Positions 34,935 through 47,490 of a stretch of 64,000 nucleotides of DNA are shown here, piece by piece. Origin of the DNA: Selaginella moellendorffii (Eukaryota > Plantae > Lycopodiophyta); NCBI RefSeq assembly GCF_000143415.4, contig NW_003314278.1:326371-390370 (forward strand), read 5' to 3'. The first letter of the stretch is position 1. Each line of letters opens with the position of its first letter. The translations under genes and the position numbers were made by a program. The notes beneath the pieces were generated by a model that was not told the DNA's origin, did not search any database, and saw nothing but the letters and a program-made list of their open reading frames with translations.

Positions 34935-35183
34935 ATGGCGGATCGAGATGGCGCAGCGGCAGTGTCAGCGCGAGCGCCAGCAGCATCGGCGGAGCCAAGA
35001 AACAAGGTAATCTGCGACACGGACGCCCTCCAGCGCTGCCTCAAGGAGAATCGCGGCGATCGCAGCAAATGCCGTAAAGAAATCGAAGCGTTCCGCTGCG
35101 CATGCGAGGCTGGAGGCGCTAGGGCAGGAGGAGCGCCATCGCCATCCCCGCCGCGAGCGCGAGCGCGAGCTCCACCCTCTTGA
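34935..35183 (+). CDS. Small twin-cysteine (CHCH/CX9C-like) protein
   Basis: CDTDALQRCLKENRGDRSKCRKEIEAFRCAC helical-hairpin cysteine pattern. Confidence 0.65.
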   Translation: MADRDGAAAVSARAPAASAEPRNKVICDTDALQRCLKENRGDRSKCRKEIEAFRCACEAGGARAGGAPSPSPPRARARAPPS

Positions 35184-35458
35184 TCAATCAAACGATCAAA
35201 TTTTTCTTCCTCTAGTTAGGAGCCGACGTGGCACGACGCGTGGATGGTGCGTCACACCGTGTTGTTTGCTGACTCAGCACAAGCTCTAATACTCCCGTCC
35301 CGATATGGGAGACTTGTTCCTCGCAGCTATGGCGGCATTCCGAGCTAGGTTTTTGGAATTGGTGGGATCTGCGAGCGATTGACCGCGCGCGCTGGGTGAT
35401 TTTCAGCTCGGTAGTGTGATCTAATTCGGGGCCGGGCGATCGATTTGGAGCGGCAGTG

Positions 35459-37099
35459 ATGGAAAGGGAGGCGGCTCCTCCTCTCGACATCGAAAGAAAG
35501 GGGTCATTCTCGAGCCACCGGGGGCGCTCAGTGTATCCCGTCCCGGCTTCCAGCTCGTATGAGGAGATGCCGCCTCGCGCGTCCAGGATTTCGTGGCTCA
35601 TCCCCCTTTTCGTCGTCGCCAATGTCATCGTCTTCATTGTCACCATGTATGTCAACAATTGCCCCAAGAACTCGTTCAATTGCAGGCTCACCTTCCTCAA
35701 GAGGCTCTCTTTCGAATCGCTCAGGGACAATCCTCTTCTTGGTCCATCCTCCGAAACGTAAGTTCTTCTCTCTCTCTCTCTCCTTTTTTTTTTTTGTCTT
35801 TCCTTCCTGGTTCGTTTGATTTTTTTTCTTCGCTTGGATGATTCTTCCTTTGTGTGTGGGTGTGTGTGTTCTTCACTGATCGATCGCTGCTTCTATAGAT
35901 TGAAGAAAATGGGGGCATTAAACTCGACACTGGTGGTGAAAAGACATCAAGGGTGGCGGCTAATCTCTTGCATGTGGTTACACGCCGGTGTGCTTCACTT
36001 GCTCGCGAACATGATATGCCTTCTCTTAATCGGCATTCGCCTGGAGAGGGAATTCGGCTTTGGTAAGTTGACGAAAATCTTTCTAAAGTTCTTCTCTTTG
36101 CCTCAAACTTGTTTTCTCTGCAGTGAAGATCGGGCTTTTGTATCTCCTATCTGGTTTTGGTGGCAGCCTCCTGTCCGCGTTGTTCATCCAGGACCGTATC
36201 TCGGTCGGAGCGTCGGGAGCTCTCTTCGGTCTTTTGGGAGCAATGGTCTCGGAGCTCATCACCAACTGGTCCATCTATTCCAACAAGGTAGCTTCTTAAG
36301 CTTGCTTCAAAGTTTTCTCTCTTTGGTGGTGATCCCTTGCCAAGCACGTATTGCGACTAACACAAGCTTCTATTCTTTTTTTTTCCGTTGCTTTGGCTTG
36401 CAGATTGCCGCGTTGATCACATTGGTCATCATCATCGGCATCAACTTGGCGGTGGGCATCTTGCCTCACGTCGACAACTTCGCGCACATCGGAGGATTTG
36501 TCTCCGGGTTTTTGCTCGGCTTCGTGCTGCTCATGAGACCACAACTTGGATGGGTCCGGCATCAAGGACACGCTGGGATGCCGGGCGGTGCTCCTGTCAA
36601 GTCGAGACACAAGATCTATCAGATCGTGCTTCTCATCGTTGCCGTGCTCCTTTTAGTTGCCGGGTGAGTTTCCTCTTACCATCTTTTGCTCTCTTGAGTG
36701 ATCCTTCAACTGTGCTTGTCAATCTCTCCAGGTACTCGACCGCGATTGCTCTCTTGTACAAAGAAGTTGACGTGAACAAGAAATGTAGCTGGTGTCACTA
36801 CTTGAGCTGCGTTCCTACGTCGCATTGGAATTGTAATGGCAGCAAAACGTTTGAATGCGAGGTATGTTCTTCGCTCTCCTTTTGTTTTTCTATTTTCTCC
36901 GCGTCTCTTAGAAATCGTCGTCGTCCGCGCTCGTGTATGATTGCTTTTGACTTTCACACATTTTCTGGATTTGCTGCAGTATAACTTTGACAAAGGCTAC
37001 TTGACGGTGGTTTGCGAAGATAGAACGCGATCGAGAGAATGGCCCTCAGTCACTTCTCCCACGAGTGATAATGTTTACTGCTCGAGAAGCTGCCGGTAA
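35459..37099 (+). CDS. Rhomboid-like intramembrane serine protease (RBL), multi-exon
   Basis: NPLLGPS; [12 protein letters not shown]; [10 protein letters not shown] (catalytic Ser); VDNFAHIGG (catalytic His); [12 protein letters not shown]. Confidence 0.95.
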
Positions 37100-37239
37100 A
37101 AGTGAAAGAAAAAAGGAAACCATTCTTTGGGAGGAGAATAAATTGCTTGTAAAAATTCGTTTGAGAAAGTACATTTGTTTTTTTATCCACACCATACGTT
37201 TAGGTCGACGCAAAGCCAAGCAAAGTATTTTGGCTGGCG

Positions 37240-38264
37240 ATGGCGGACCGATTCGTCGCGGCGCATCCCTGGCACGACCTCGAAATCGGTACGCTCGTCT
37301 CGTGTTCTCTTGATTCTCAGGCTGTTCTTGCGATCTTCTCACGCGATCGAGCCTCTTGTTTCGTGGCCAAACCCCAAGGTTCTGGAGCTCCCTTAGTTTT
37401 TAACTGCGTGAGCTTCATCCTCTTGTTTGGTAGCATTGCTTGAATCGGTTTTCCAGGTCGTGGAAATCGCCAAAGGCAGCAAAGTCAAGTATGAGCTCGA
37501 CAAGCAGAGTGGATTGATCAAGGTGTGAATAGTTTGATCTTTTCTTTCGCTACTTTCCAGTTATGCTTTGGTCGTTCTTCCAGGTTGATCGAGTCCTTTA
37601 TTCCTCGGTGGTTTATCCACACAACTATGGATTTGTTCCACGCACGCTGTGTGAAGACAATGACCCGCTTGACGTTCTTGTGATCATGCAAGTGAGCTTC
37701 CATCTCTTTTTTTCTTTTTTCCCTGGTTTTGTCTTAGTAAACGCTCTCGGCCAAGTGAACTTTTCATGAACAGGAGCCTGTTCTTCCAGGAGCGTTTCTC
37801 CGAGCCAAAGCCATCGGGCTCATGCCGATGATCGATCAGGTAGCAAAGTGTTTACATTCTTTTCAGCGTTTCTCTAAGAGTGTCATCTATCTGATCAGGG
37901 GGAGAAGGACGATAAGATCATAGCAGTGTGCGCTGATGATCCAGAGTACAAGCATTGCACGGACATCAAGCAGCTCCCGCCTCACAGGCTAGCAGAGATT
38001 CGCAGGTTCTTCGAGGATTGTATCCTTTGCATCGTCTTTGGTTCTTTCGATTCTCTACCGCTCTATTTCACGATCGAGTGACAGACAAGAAGAACGAGAA
38101 TAAGCAAGTAGAGGTGGAAGACTTCCTTCCCGCGGAGAAAGCCATAGAAGCTGTGCGCAACTCAATGTAGGCATTTCTCTTTTCTCTTTTTTCTTTGGAA
38201 AGCTATGCTCGTGTTTTCCAGGGATTTGTACGCGGCCTACGTTGTGGAGACCCTTCGCCAGTAG
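37240..38264 (+). CDS. Soluble inorganic pyrophosphatase, multi-exon
   Basis: [12 protein letters not shown]; [11 protein letters not shown]; [22 protein letters not shown]; FFEDYKKNENK. Confidence 0.95.
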
Positions 38265-38377
38265 GAAGCCATGGAAGCTTCGCACAGGACACACACTTCA
38301 TTATAATTGTTTATCTTTGCGTTAATCAAACAAAGTTATTCCAGCTCTAAAACCAGAGCTCGCGCTTAGGGTTGGCT

Positions 38378-39109
38378 ATGGCGTCTACGAGCTTATTTCT
38401 CGCCTTGGCGCTAGCGCTGCTGGCTTCTCAAGGTAAAGTTTTTTTTCGCTCCAGCTCTCTTGGATCTTCTCGCCTCCCTTTCCCGCAGCGATCGCTAAAG
38501 CCAGTGATGTGAAGGAGCTCCAGATCGGAGTGAAGGTATGTGATCGGCTCTTCTTTTTTTTTTTCGTTTTTTCTTCTTGTGGACTGATGAGAGATTTCCT
38601 GCCAGTTCAAGCCTTTGACTTGCGAAATTCGAGCTCACAAAGGCGATGAAGTGAAGGTCCATTACAAGGTAGGAAGTGTATCCAATTTTTCTATCGCACT
38701 GGACGAGTTTTCTTTCAGGGATCTCTCACGGATGGGACCGTTTTCGATTCGAGCTACACCAGGGGCGATCCCATTGGTTTTACCTTAGGCCAGGGACAAG
38801 TGATTCAAGGTAAGTTCTTAGTTTTGTTCTGAAGCTTGGAACTTATATTGCTTTCATGTCAAGGCTGGGATCAAGGGCTTCTAGGAATGTGCGTCGGCGA
38901 GAAGAGAAAGCTTAAGATCCCCTCCAAGCTCGGTTATGGGGATCAAGGACAACCACCAAAGATTCCAGGTAAAACTCCTTGTTTTCCACTCTCTTGTTTT
39001 CTTTGTTCTGATGTAAAACTTCTGCATATGTTCAGGTGGTGCGACACTGATTTTTGAGACCGAACTCGTGTCAGTTAATGGCAAGGGTGATGAAAAAAAT
39101 GAACTCTGA
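38378..39109 (+). CDS. FKBP15: ER FKBP-type peptidyl-prolyl isomerase (FKBP15)
   Basis: Signal peptide; ELQIGVK; GTVFDSSY; [26 protein letters not shown]; C-terminal KNEL. Confidence 0.92.
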
Positions 39110-39191
39110 GGTGTAGTGCTTGATTTTGACAATGAAGCCCTGACATAACACTCTGTTCTTTCTTGAGCTTTTTTTGTCGCTCGTACTGATC

Positions 39192-41229
39192 TTACCAGAA
39201 CTGGCCAGGATTGACGCTTACAATCCCTGCAAGAGCTTTACCACCTGTGCTTCGCAGTCCGTCGATGATGGAACCCCAGGAGGATCCAAGCGCTCCTATG
39301 AAGTAATCGCAATCCACTGCCATCATCAGGTTCACAAAAGCATTGGTGCTACTGTTCCATCTTCCCAGGCCGGTTTCGTAGTCTTTCATCGTCGTGCTTC
39401 CGGTTTGTCTTCTAATGGTCGTGTAGTAGAAGTTCCACTTTGTGTAGTTCTTACTTTCGTCGACGACGTTCTGCGGGAGATTCATTTGGAATTTATCAAG
39501 CTGGAGTTTTTTCTCGTACCTGCATCTCCGTTGAAAGCCATATGTGCTTGGCATTAGGAAAGCGACCACGTAAGTTTTGAGCAAGCTCCATATAAGATTT
39601 GAAGCCGAAGATTTTCATTTCTCGGCCCTTGTCGCCTTGTCTAACGTGAACACTTACCAGGGGCCTCGGACCCCATGGCCTGTGGATATGGTTGCTCCAC
39701 ACAAGCTTCTCCATGGCGGTGATATTTCTTCTCGAACTTTCAACCTGTAAGGCATCAAAGCTATGCTTATACTTCCTTGAAACCAAGCTTTATTCTGATT
39801 GTTTCCAGACCTTTGGCCACTCTTTGGGAAGTGTGTCGACGATCAACGCAGCAGCCGCACGGCCAAACGCTTCGTGACGAGCACGGTTGAGAAGTACGCA
39901 CAGGTATTCGCTTGGATATCGAGTAAGATATCTGATGGCCTGATATCAAGCACTTCATACTCACTTTCGTTTTAGAGCACGATTACCTGTGCACGCCACC
40001 ACCATATGTGCATTTGGTTGTGATGAACTGTGAGCTCACCATTCACTTGGCTCGTTGCTTGCAGATGCTCCCATGGCTTTCCCCAGATCCTGTGTGGAAG
40101 ATAGAAGATTTCACACTGTTGCATTATGGATTCTCTGCGGTCTTACACTGGAATGGGTGCGAACCATGTTATCCCTCCCCAGTAGTTGCTCATGTCGGTG
40201 ATAGTTTTATTCTTTCTCGCTTCCTGCGAAGCAGCGAGCTCCAGCGCTCGCTCACGACATTCCTTTGATGTCTCGGGAATGAAATAGCATGTCCAACGAG
40301 AGTGTCCAGATCCTAAGTGCCAAGGTAAGCTTTACTGTTCTTTTTCTTTCTCCTAAGCTTTTGCGTACCTTTGCAGCCCTCGTGATCGGCTCGGTTGAAA
40401 TACTCCAGGACCAGAACTCTATTTTCGTTCATAGCAACTGCGACCATTCCCGAGATGGCGTTCAGCTGTGCTCCGGTACCCCATGTCGATATGTTTGCGA
40501 AGTCTACGTACAAGAACTTAAGAGATGAATCTCTGCAGTTCTTCGGGTGCTGATGCAACCACAGATCTCGCTGGACGCGTCTTGTGTATGGTAAGTTATC
40601 TTCCTCTCCTCCATCGATCTGGACAGTTTGCAAACCGGATCTAAGTTATAAAGCCAGCCTCTAACTCTAGATCTCTGGATTCTCACCCAGGGAGGAAATG
40701 GACCTTGCAGCAGAGCTGTTTTGTTGAGGAGGAGCTCCTCTCCATCGTCCTCGCAGGGGACGTGCTTTCCGAGCTCAGCTCCCAAGAGGCCTTTCCACAA
40801 ACTCCAGTGTGGACGCTCTCCATCGGCACTCCGGCTGTCCATCCTGGTATACTCCATGTAACGAGCTTTACAATTCTCCAGGTGAGGAGGCCGACTGATG
40901 CTAGAGAGCTCTTCCTCCGAAGCTTCGGCGTCCTCCTTGAGGTATGGTGAAGAATTCCAGATCTCCATTAGCAACTCAATCTTCTCGCTCGTCTCGTCGT
41001 GCGCAGGGAGCTCGGTGTTGCGAGACGAAGTGTTGGACACGGATGATACTTGCACGGATTGGCAAGGCAAGTTGCCACGAAGGAGAAACTGCGAGAGCTT
41101 TGCCGACGGCTCACCATTTTGATTCGCGTTGTCGAGTTGGATCACTCCAACGATGAGAAGCAGGCTGAGCGACAGGCAAACGATGAAGATCCCACTACTT
41201 TGGCTGGAAGATGAAGCAGCAGCAGCCAT
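39192..41229 (-). CDS. GT23 / alpha-1,6-fucosyltransferase-like type II membrane protein, copy 1
   Basis: N-terminal TM helix; QRDLWLHQHP; SVHVRQGDK; IWLSTE; DYFIGALGSSW. Confidence 0.8.
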
Positions 41230-41418
41230 GGTTTTGTGCTTCCAAACTTCCAGCCTTTGGTGGAAAATTTCTTAGTCTGTTACAAGTGTTACTTGGCTTA
41301 GACGCGATACTGCTGAAATTTTTGTGTAACTGCAAGACTAAAAGAAAAGTTGTTAATCTCAATAGTTAAATTATTTGTTGTTAAACATAACCAGAATAAA
41401 AAATGTTTAACACTGATA

Positions 41419-41492
41419 CGCTAGAAGGAGGGCTCGAACCTCCGACCTTGTGGTTAACAGCCACACGCTCTGACCAACTGAGCTACTCCAGC
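41419..41492 (-). tRNA. tRNA-Asn (GTT)
   Basis: Reverse complement GCTGGAGTAGCTCAGTTGGTCAGAGCGTGTGGCTGTTAACCACAAGGTCGGAGGTTCGAGCCCTCCTTCTAGCG folds as a cloverleaf with A/B boxes; T-run terminator downstream. Confidence 0.97.
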
Positions 41493-41581
41493 TCATGTTA
41501 TATTAATCATTAACTTTTATTTTAACAATTAAAAATAATGACACAAAAGTGGTGTGGCTGATTCTTCCTCTATTTTTTGTC

Positions 41582-44500
41582 ATGCGCTTCTCCAGCGCTG
41601 GGAAAATGGCGCTTACGCGAATGTTGCTTGTGTCTATGGCGTTGGCCGCGCTGCAAACACTGGGCGCCTCCCAGGGAGTGGTAAGCTTCGATTCTTCGCT
41701 GTGATGGTTTAGCTATGGAGTCTCTCTTCTCCCCACCGCAGCAATCCAGAAGTTTTTCTATAGAAAACGACGCGTTTTACAAGGATGGAGAGCCCTTCCG
41801 CATTCTGGGTGGTGAAATCCACTACTTCCGGATCGTTCCAGAGGTAAAGCTCTTCTCGGTCTCTTCGAATTCTTGTTTTTCCATCGAAGAAAAATGCTCT
41901 CGCAGTACTGGAAAGACCGGATCCAGCGAGCAAAAGCAATGGGTCTTAACACCATCCAGACTTACGTTCCTTGGAATGTTCACGAGCCATCGGAAGGCGA
42001 GTTCTTCTTTGGCGATCCGGTGAACCTCGAGGCCTTTCTAAAGCTCGCACAAGAGCTCGAAGTTTTGGTCATGCTTCGCATGGGACCATATGTTTGTGGA
42101 GGTTTGGCTTTTTTCCGCTTGGAGGTTTTCGAAGATTTTGCTTCCAGAATGGGACCTTGGAGGATTTCCTTCGTGGCTACTGTCCAAACAACCACAGCTA
42201 AAGCTCAGGACTTCCGATTCTTCGTACCTTAAGCTCGTAAGTTCTTCCCTCTTGCAATCTTCTACTGTTTTTTTCGAGTCTTCTATCTTAGATCCTCGAG
42301 TTACAGGTTGACCAATGGTGGAATGTTCTTCTTCCTAAACTCGTTCCATTTCTCTACTCTCGTGGTGGTCCAGTGATCATGCTACAGGTTTTTTCATGAC
42401 AACCTTTGCTCACTTTTGATTTTCTAAACTTCCTTGCTGTTCTTCTCGCAGGTTGAAAACGAGTATGGATCTTTCGGATCTGACAAGCAGTATCTCCACC
42501 ACCTTGTCAGCGAAGCTCGCGAATACTTGGGAAACGAAATAATCCTGTGGGTTCTTTTGATTCGAAGCTCTTCAACTAAGCAGCTTTTACTACTTGCAGA
42601 TACACGACTGATGGAGCTACAGAGGACGCTCTGCAACGGGGTACAATATCTAGAGACGATGTTTATGCTGGTGTGTATCTCTATCAAAATCTCGTGGTTT
42701 TGGATTACTGTTCCTTCGAATTTTCTACAGCTGTGGATTTTCCCACCGGCTGGGATCCTGTAGCAGCATTTGCACTACAAAAGAACTACAACTCCCCTGG
42801 AAAGTCTCCTGCATTGTCAACGTAAGTTCCAATTTTTTTTTTGGACGCTTCACTGAGAAATTTCTATGCAGTGAGTTTTACACGGGCTGGCTTACTCACT
42901 GGGGAGAAAATCTCGCAACAACAAGCCCGTATGTTGCAGCAGCAGAGCTGGACAAGCTTTTGAGTGCTAATGGTTCTGTCGTGCTTTATGTGAGTGTTTT
43001 TTCATTCTAGCTTACGTTCTTGGCATTGAAACTCTTTGTTTAGATGGCTCACGGAGGCTCCAACTTTGGATTTTTCAGCGGTGCAAATACTGGGGGGAAA
43101 GAAACCATCTATCAGCCGGATATCACGTCCTATGATTATGTGAGCTGCCCGCTCTTTCTAAACCATGGTTTGAGAATTGTTTCCAGGAAACTCTAGGACG
43201 CCCCCATTGGGGAAGGTGGAGATCTTGGAGAAAAGTTTTGGAGTGAGTTTGAGCTCTTATTGTGTTTGTGCTGTTTCTTATATTCCTTGCAGGATTTCGT
43301 GAAGTGCTCTCGAGCTATGTCAACTTTCCACTTCCAGATCCGCCGCAACTTCCATCGAGACGAAACACTGGGACTGTCGTGCTGCAAAAGCTCGCAAATC
43401 TTTTCCAAGTCCTCCAGTCTCTCAGTCATGAATTCTATCTTCAACAAGCTCCGGTGACCATGGAGCTTCTCAACCAGGTAACTCGGGCTTGTTTCGTGCT
43501 GGACCAATATCTTTAAGTTTTTGTTTTTTCTAGAGTTTTGGATTCATCGTTTATAGATCCAGACTCCCGTCTCATGCAAAACCAGGATCCATCCTTGAAA
43601 TAAAGAAGGTAAGCTCCTGATTCGAGATTTAGAAGTATGGGTTCATCGATACCATGAACAGATTCATGATCGAGCTCAAGTTTACGTTGGAAAGAGCTCT
43701 CAAAGCCTGAGACTCGTAGGAACGCTGCAAAGATGGTCCAATTCCTCGCTACAACTTCCTGATGGATCATCGGCTGGAATGGAAATCTACATTTTGGTTA
43801 GAAATTTGTCCCCAGTGGAGTTACTTCTAAAACTTTCACGTCTTTGTAGGTGGAAAACATGGGACGTATCAACTATGGACCATTCATATTCGACCAAAAG
43901 GTCTGGTTTTTTCTTTTTCTTCGAGAAGTAAAGTTCACTCTTTTTTTCCTCGAGTGTTTAGGGGATTCTTTCTTCCGTTATCCTTGACAATGTTCCAATG
44001 CTTGGCTGGAGAGCTTACACTTTAAGCCTCGCAGATGTCGCTGAAAAGTTTCAAGCGATGCCAAATGACCTTGCTGGATTTCAACGACATGGAAGCATTC
44101 GCATTGAGTCAAGAGGTTTTAATCAACTTTGCCATACACTCAAAGTTTTTCTTTCTTTCTTTGGCAGCTCCACATTGTGATGGCCCTGCTTTCTATGCTG
44201 CCACGTTTGAGAGTGAAGCTCAAATGGACACTTTCATCTCTTTCAAAGGCTGGAGCAAAGGGGTGGCGTTCGTGAATGGTTTCAACCTTGGTCGATTTTG
44301 GCCGGTAAGGAACAAAGCTTCTAATTTCCTTCTCGATTTTATGCCTTCTTCTCGTCCATCACACACAACTTTATCTTTAAGGATGCTGGCCCGCAATGCA
44401 GCCTGTATGTTCCTGGACCACTGCTAAGGCAAGGAGAAAACCAGCTTGTAAGTCTCCTCGTTAAAACTTAGCAATTTCTCTTGACTTTTCTTCTCTTTTC

Positions 44501-44602
44501 TCTCTCGTAAAGTTGATTCTAGAGCTCGAAAACACTCTGCTCCACAACAAAACGCTCCAGTTTCTCGGGCAGCACGACTGGACTTGCGGCAAAAACTCGT
44601 AA
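41582..44602 (+). CDS. BGAL17: GH35 beta-galactosidase, BGAL17/GLB1-type, many exons
   Basis: [11 protein letters not shown]; [17 protein letters not shown]; QVENEYGS; [12 protein letters not shown]; [16 protein letters not shown]. Confidence 0.93.
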
Positions 44603-44940
44603 AAATCGAATTTGAAGCATAAGTTCATGCCTTTGTTTCTTCCAAAGCTCGAAACAATCAAGCAATCAAGCAAAAGTAATAACACCCTTGTGTTTAAGTC
44701 CTGTGATCGAGAAGTTTAAAGTCAAATTTCACGAGTATTTTTCTCCGGAATCGTTGTAGTCTTTGTTTGAAATTCATCGAAGTCGAGCGAGTCACGACTA
44801 CGCAATTCCTTTTTTCCACGCGGGTGGGGCTTGGATTAAGCGACCAAATGGGCCATCCACAGCCGTTGGATATCGGCATTGAAGTGCCGATAGACAATAA
44901 TAACGCTGTTCTTCCAAGGCACGACTTCACGGCGGTGCGA

Positions 44941-46941
44941 ATGCGCCTCTCTAATGTAATAGCCATGGATTTGTGGACGAGGAAGGGAATTCTCAACACT
45001 TTTGCGTCGATCACAGCGATCTCGCTCGTCCTCTTCTTCACGTTTCCTCGCGCGATGCTTACAACGGATTTTAAGTCCCGTAAGTTGTCTGCAAGGAAGA
45101 AATCGATTAGAATTCCTTCTCTGTTCTTCCAATTTTTTCAGTCTCTTCGACCACTGACCCGATCGTCCCGGCGAATTGCTCCAAGGAAACGCCCTCCAGA
45201 GATTTTGATCCCAGAGTGGAGCTCCTACTGAAGTACTGGCAGGAGCTCTATCTTGGAAATGGAACTTCTTCTTCTTCTTCTTCGATCAAAAGTGCCCCCC
45301 GAGCTCCACACCTCCAGAACTGCTCACAGCAAACTAGCGCTTGGGACACAGTCGATGCCAGTGGAAATCGACCCAATTGGATCTTTCCCACCGCGCGTGA
45401 AAGTCACAATCCAAGAGCTCCAAATGAAGACGTGGTCTTCCGAGGTGGTCCACAGCCTCCGTGGGTACGTGTATAGCATTTTCCAACGTAATCACAGGTT
45501 TCCCATGATCATAGTATAGATTGAAGGTGGCGATGATGATAATTTGCCCATGACAAGGCAAGCCCAAACGGATCTATGGCTGCATCAGCACCCCAAGGAC
45601 TGCACTGATAAGTCAACCAAGTTCTTGGTCAACGACTGGGTCAACTCGCCCAAGCTGGGGCTTGGAGGTCAAATGGTGGCGATGGCGGGTATCTTTGCCA
45701 TTGCCGTCAACGAGAAGCGGGTACTCGTCACCGACACCCTCAACCGAGCAGACCATGATGAATGCAAAGGTAGGTTGGCTAGCTGTTCAACCAAGGCGTT
45801 GACCATCTCTTTGTAGGGTCAGCGAGGGCTCACTGGTCGTGCTATTTTGTTTTGGAAACCTCCGAGGAGTGTAGGGCACAGGCCAAGAGACTTTTGTCTC
45901 AGAAAAAGGCATGGAAGCAAAAGGTGGTGACCAATGCCAACTCGTATCCCAAAGCCTACATGTGGTTTGGAAAGGTTCCAGAGTAAGAAGGCTTTGACCT
46001 TTGAGAAGGAGATAGTCAACGCGTTGGTCAATGCAGGAAGTGGGGAAGACCGTGGGAGACAATGCAACCTTTGGATGTGGTTGGCGGTGAGATTCTTGGG
46101 GGGCACAAGGCTACTGACCGGCAATGGTGGAGGGCACAAGTAAGGAAGCTTTGCTAATTTGTCATTTCTTATCTCTTTTCTGAAACAGGCATTGAGGTAT
46201 CTTATGAGAGCTCCAAGTGAGTACCTTTGCAAGCAGCTTAATCTTGCTAGACATCACAGATTTGGCAGGCAAGCAGCAGAATTAACTATTAAAACTCTCC
46301 CTACAAACTGGCCTGGCTCAGAGGTGAGAATTATATTTCCAACCTTTTTTGCAACAAATGTCATTTATTTGAAATGTAGCAGCAGCATCAGCAGGCAAGC
46401 CTTCGAGAGAAAATTTGGACAACTCCGAAGCCATGGCTACCAAGGCCAATGTTGAGTGTTCACGTTAGACAAGGGGATAAAGCTTCAGAGATGAAAATCT
46501 TTAGCTTTAAATCATACATGGAGCTGGCTCAAAAAATCCAAACTCAATTTCCTCAACTGCAAGAAATATGGCTTTCAACAGAAATGCAGGTAACTAAATT
46601 ATATTACACGCTTGACATCTCCAATTTTCATCTAAAAGAATTTTTGTTTGATCTTAAATAAGAATGTTATCGACGAGTCAAAAAACTACACGAACTGGAA
46701 GTTTCACTACACAGACATCCCAAGACAAAATGGAACTACAAGTATGGGGGCATATGAGAGAAGCTTGGGAGTGAAAGCGAGCAGCAACAATGCCTTCGTC
46801 AACTTTGTCATGGCTAGTGAGTGTGATTTTTTTGTGGGCGCTCTGGGCTCGACGTGGAGCTTCCTCATTGATGCAATGAGAGCTACTGGTGGTAAACTGC
46901 GAGCTGGATTCCTCAGCGTCAACAAGGATAGATACTGGTAA
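44941..46941 (+). CDS. GT23 / alpha-1,6-fucosyltransferase-like protein, copy 2
   Basis: TM segment; DLWLHQHP; SVHVRQGDK; IWLSTE; FFVGALGSTW; ends SVNKDRYW. Confidence 0.8.
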
Positions 46942-47052
46942 CCATATAACAACTTGATAAGTTTCTCATTGTTTTTTCAATTAATTTTTGCTAAATTAAT
47001 GTTTGATATTCACTAGTCACGGAGATTTCCTGAGAAAAAAGATATTTAAGTT

Positions 47053-47362
47053 CGAGGGACCCTCTTTGGGTTGGTTCTTTGATACGATATCTATAGTCCA
47101 TCAACTTTGTGCCAGTAGATAGCTGGACTTCCTTGACTCGTGAGACAAAAGCTTGACAGAATTACCCACAAAAATTCCAGATACCAGACCCCATTTTCCA
47201 AACAAAGACTAGAATTCAATCAATTTTACAAGGTAGATCAACGATTTTCTAACCATTAGGTGAAACATAGACGTATGAAGTTTCAATCCATATAAACAAT
47301 GACACTTCCTGAGACACTGAAAAGTTTTCGTTTCAGGTGAGTGTAGGAAAGAGGGTCCCTCG
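47053..47362. repeat. Perfect 15-bp inverted repeat pair about 280 bp apart (possible MITE-like remnant)
   Basis: CGAGGGACCCTCTTT (47053-47067) and AAAGAGGGTCCCTCG (47348-47362); no clear target-site duplication. Confidence 0.45.
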
Positions 47363-47490
47363 CGCACTAAAACGAAGGAACCTCTCTCGTACAAGTCCTG
47401 TTTGAATTATAGCCGTCGGATCACATGTATATGTTTGAGTCATGACCATCGGATATAATCCGTTTTGGAGTGTGGAGGGCTCGAGCGACA

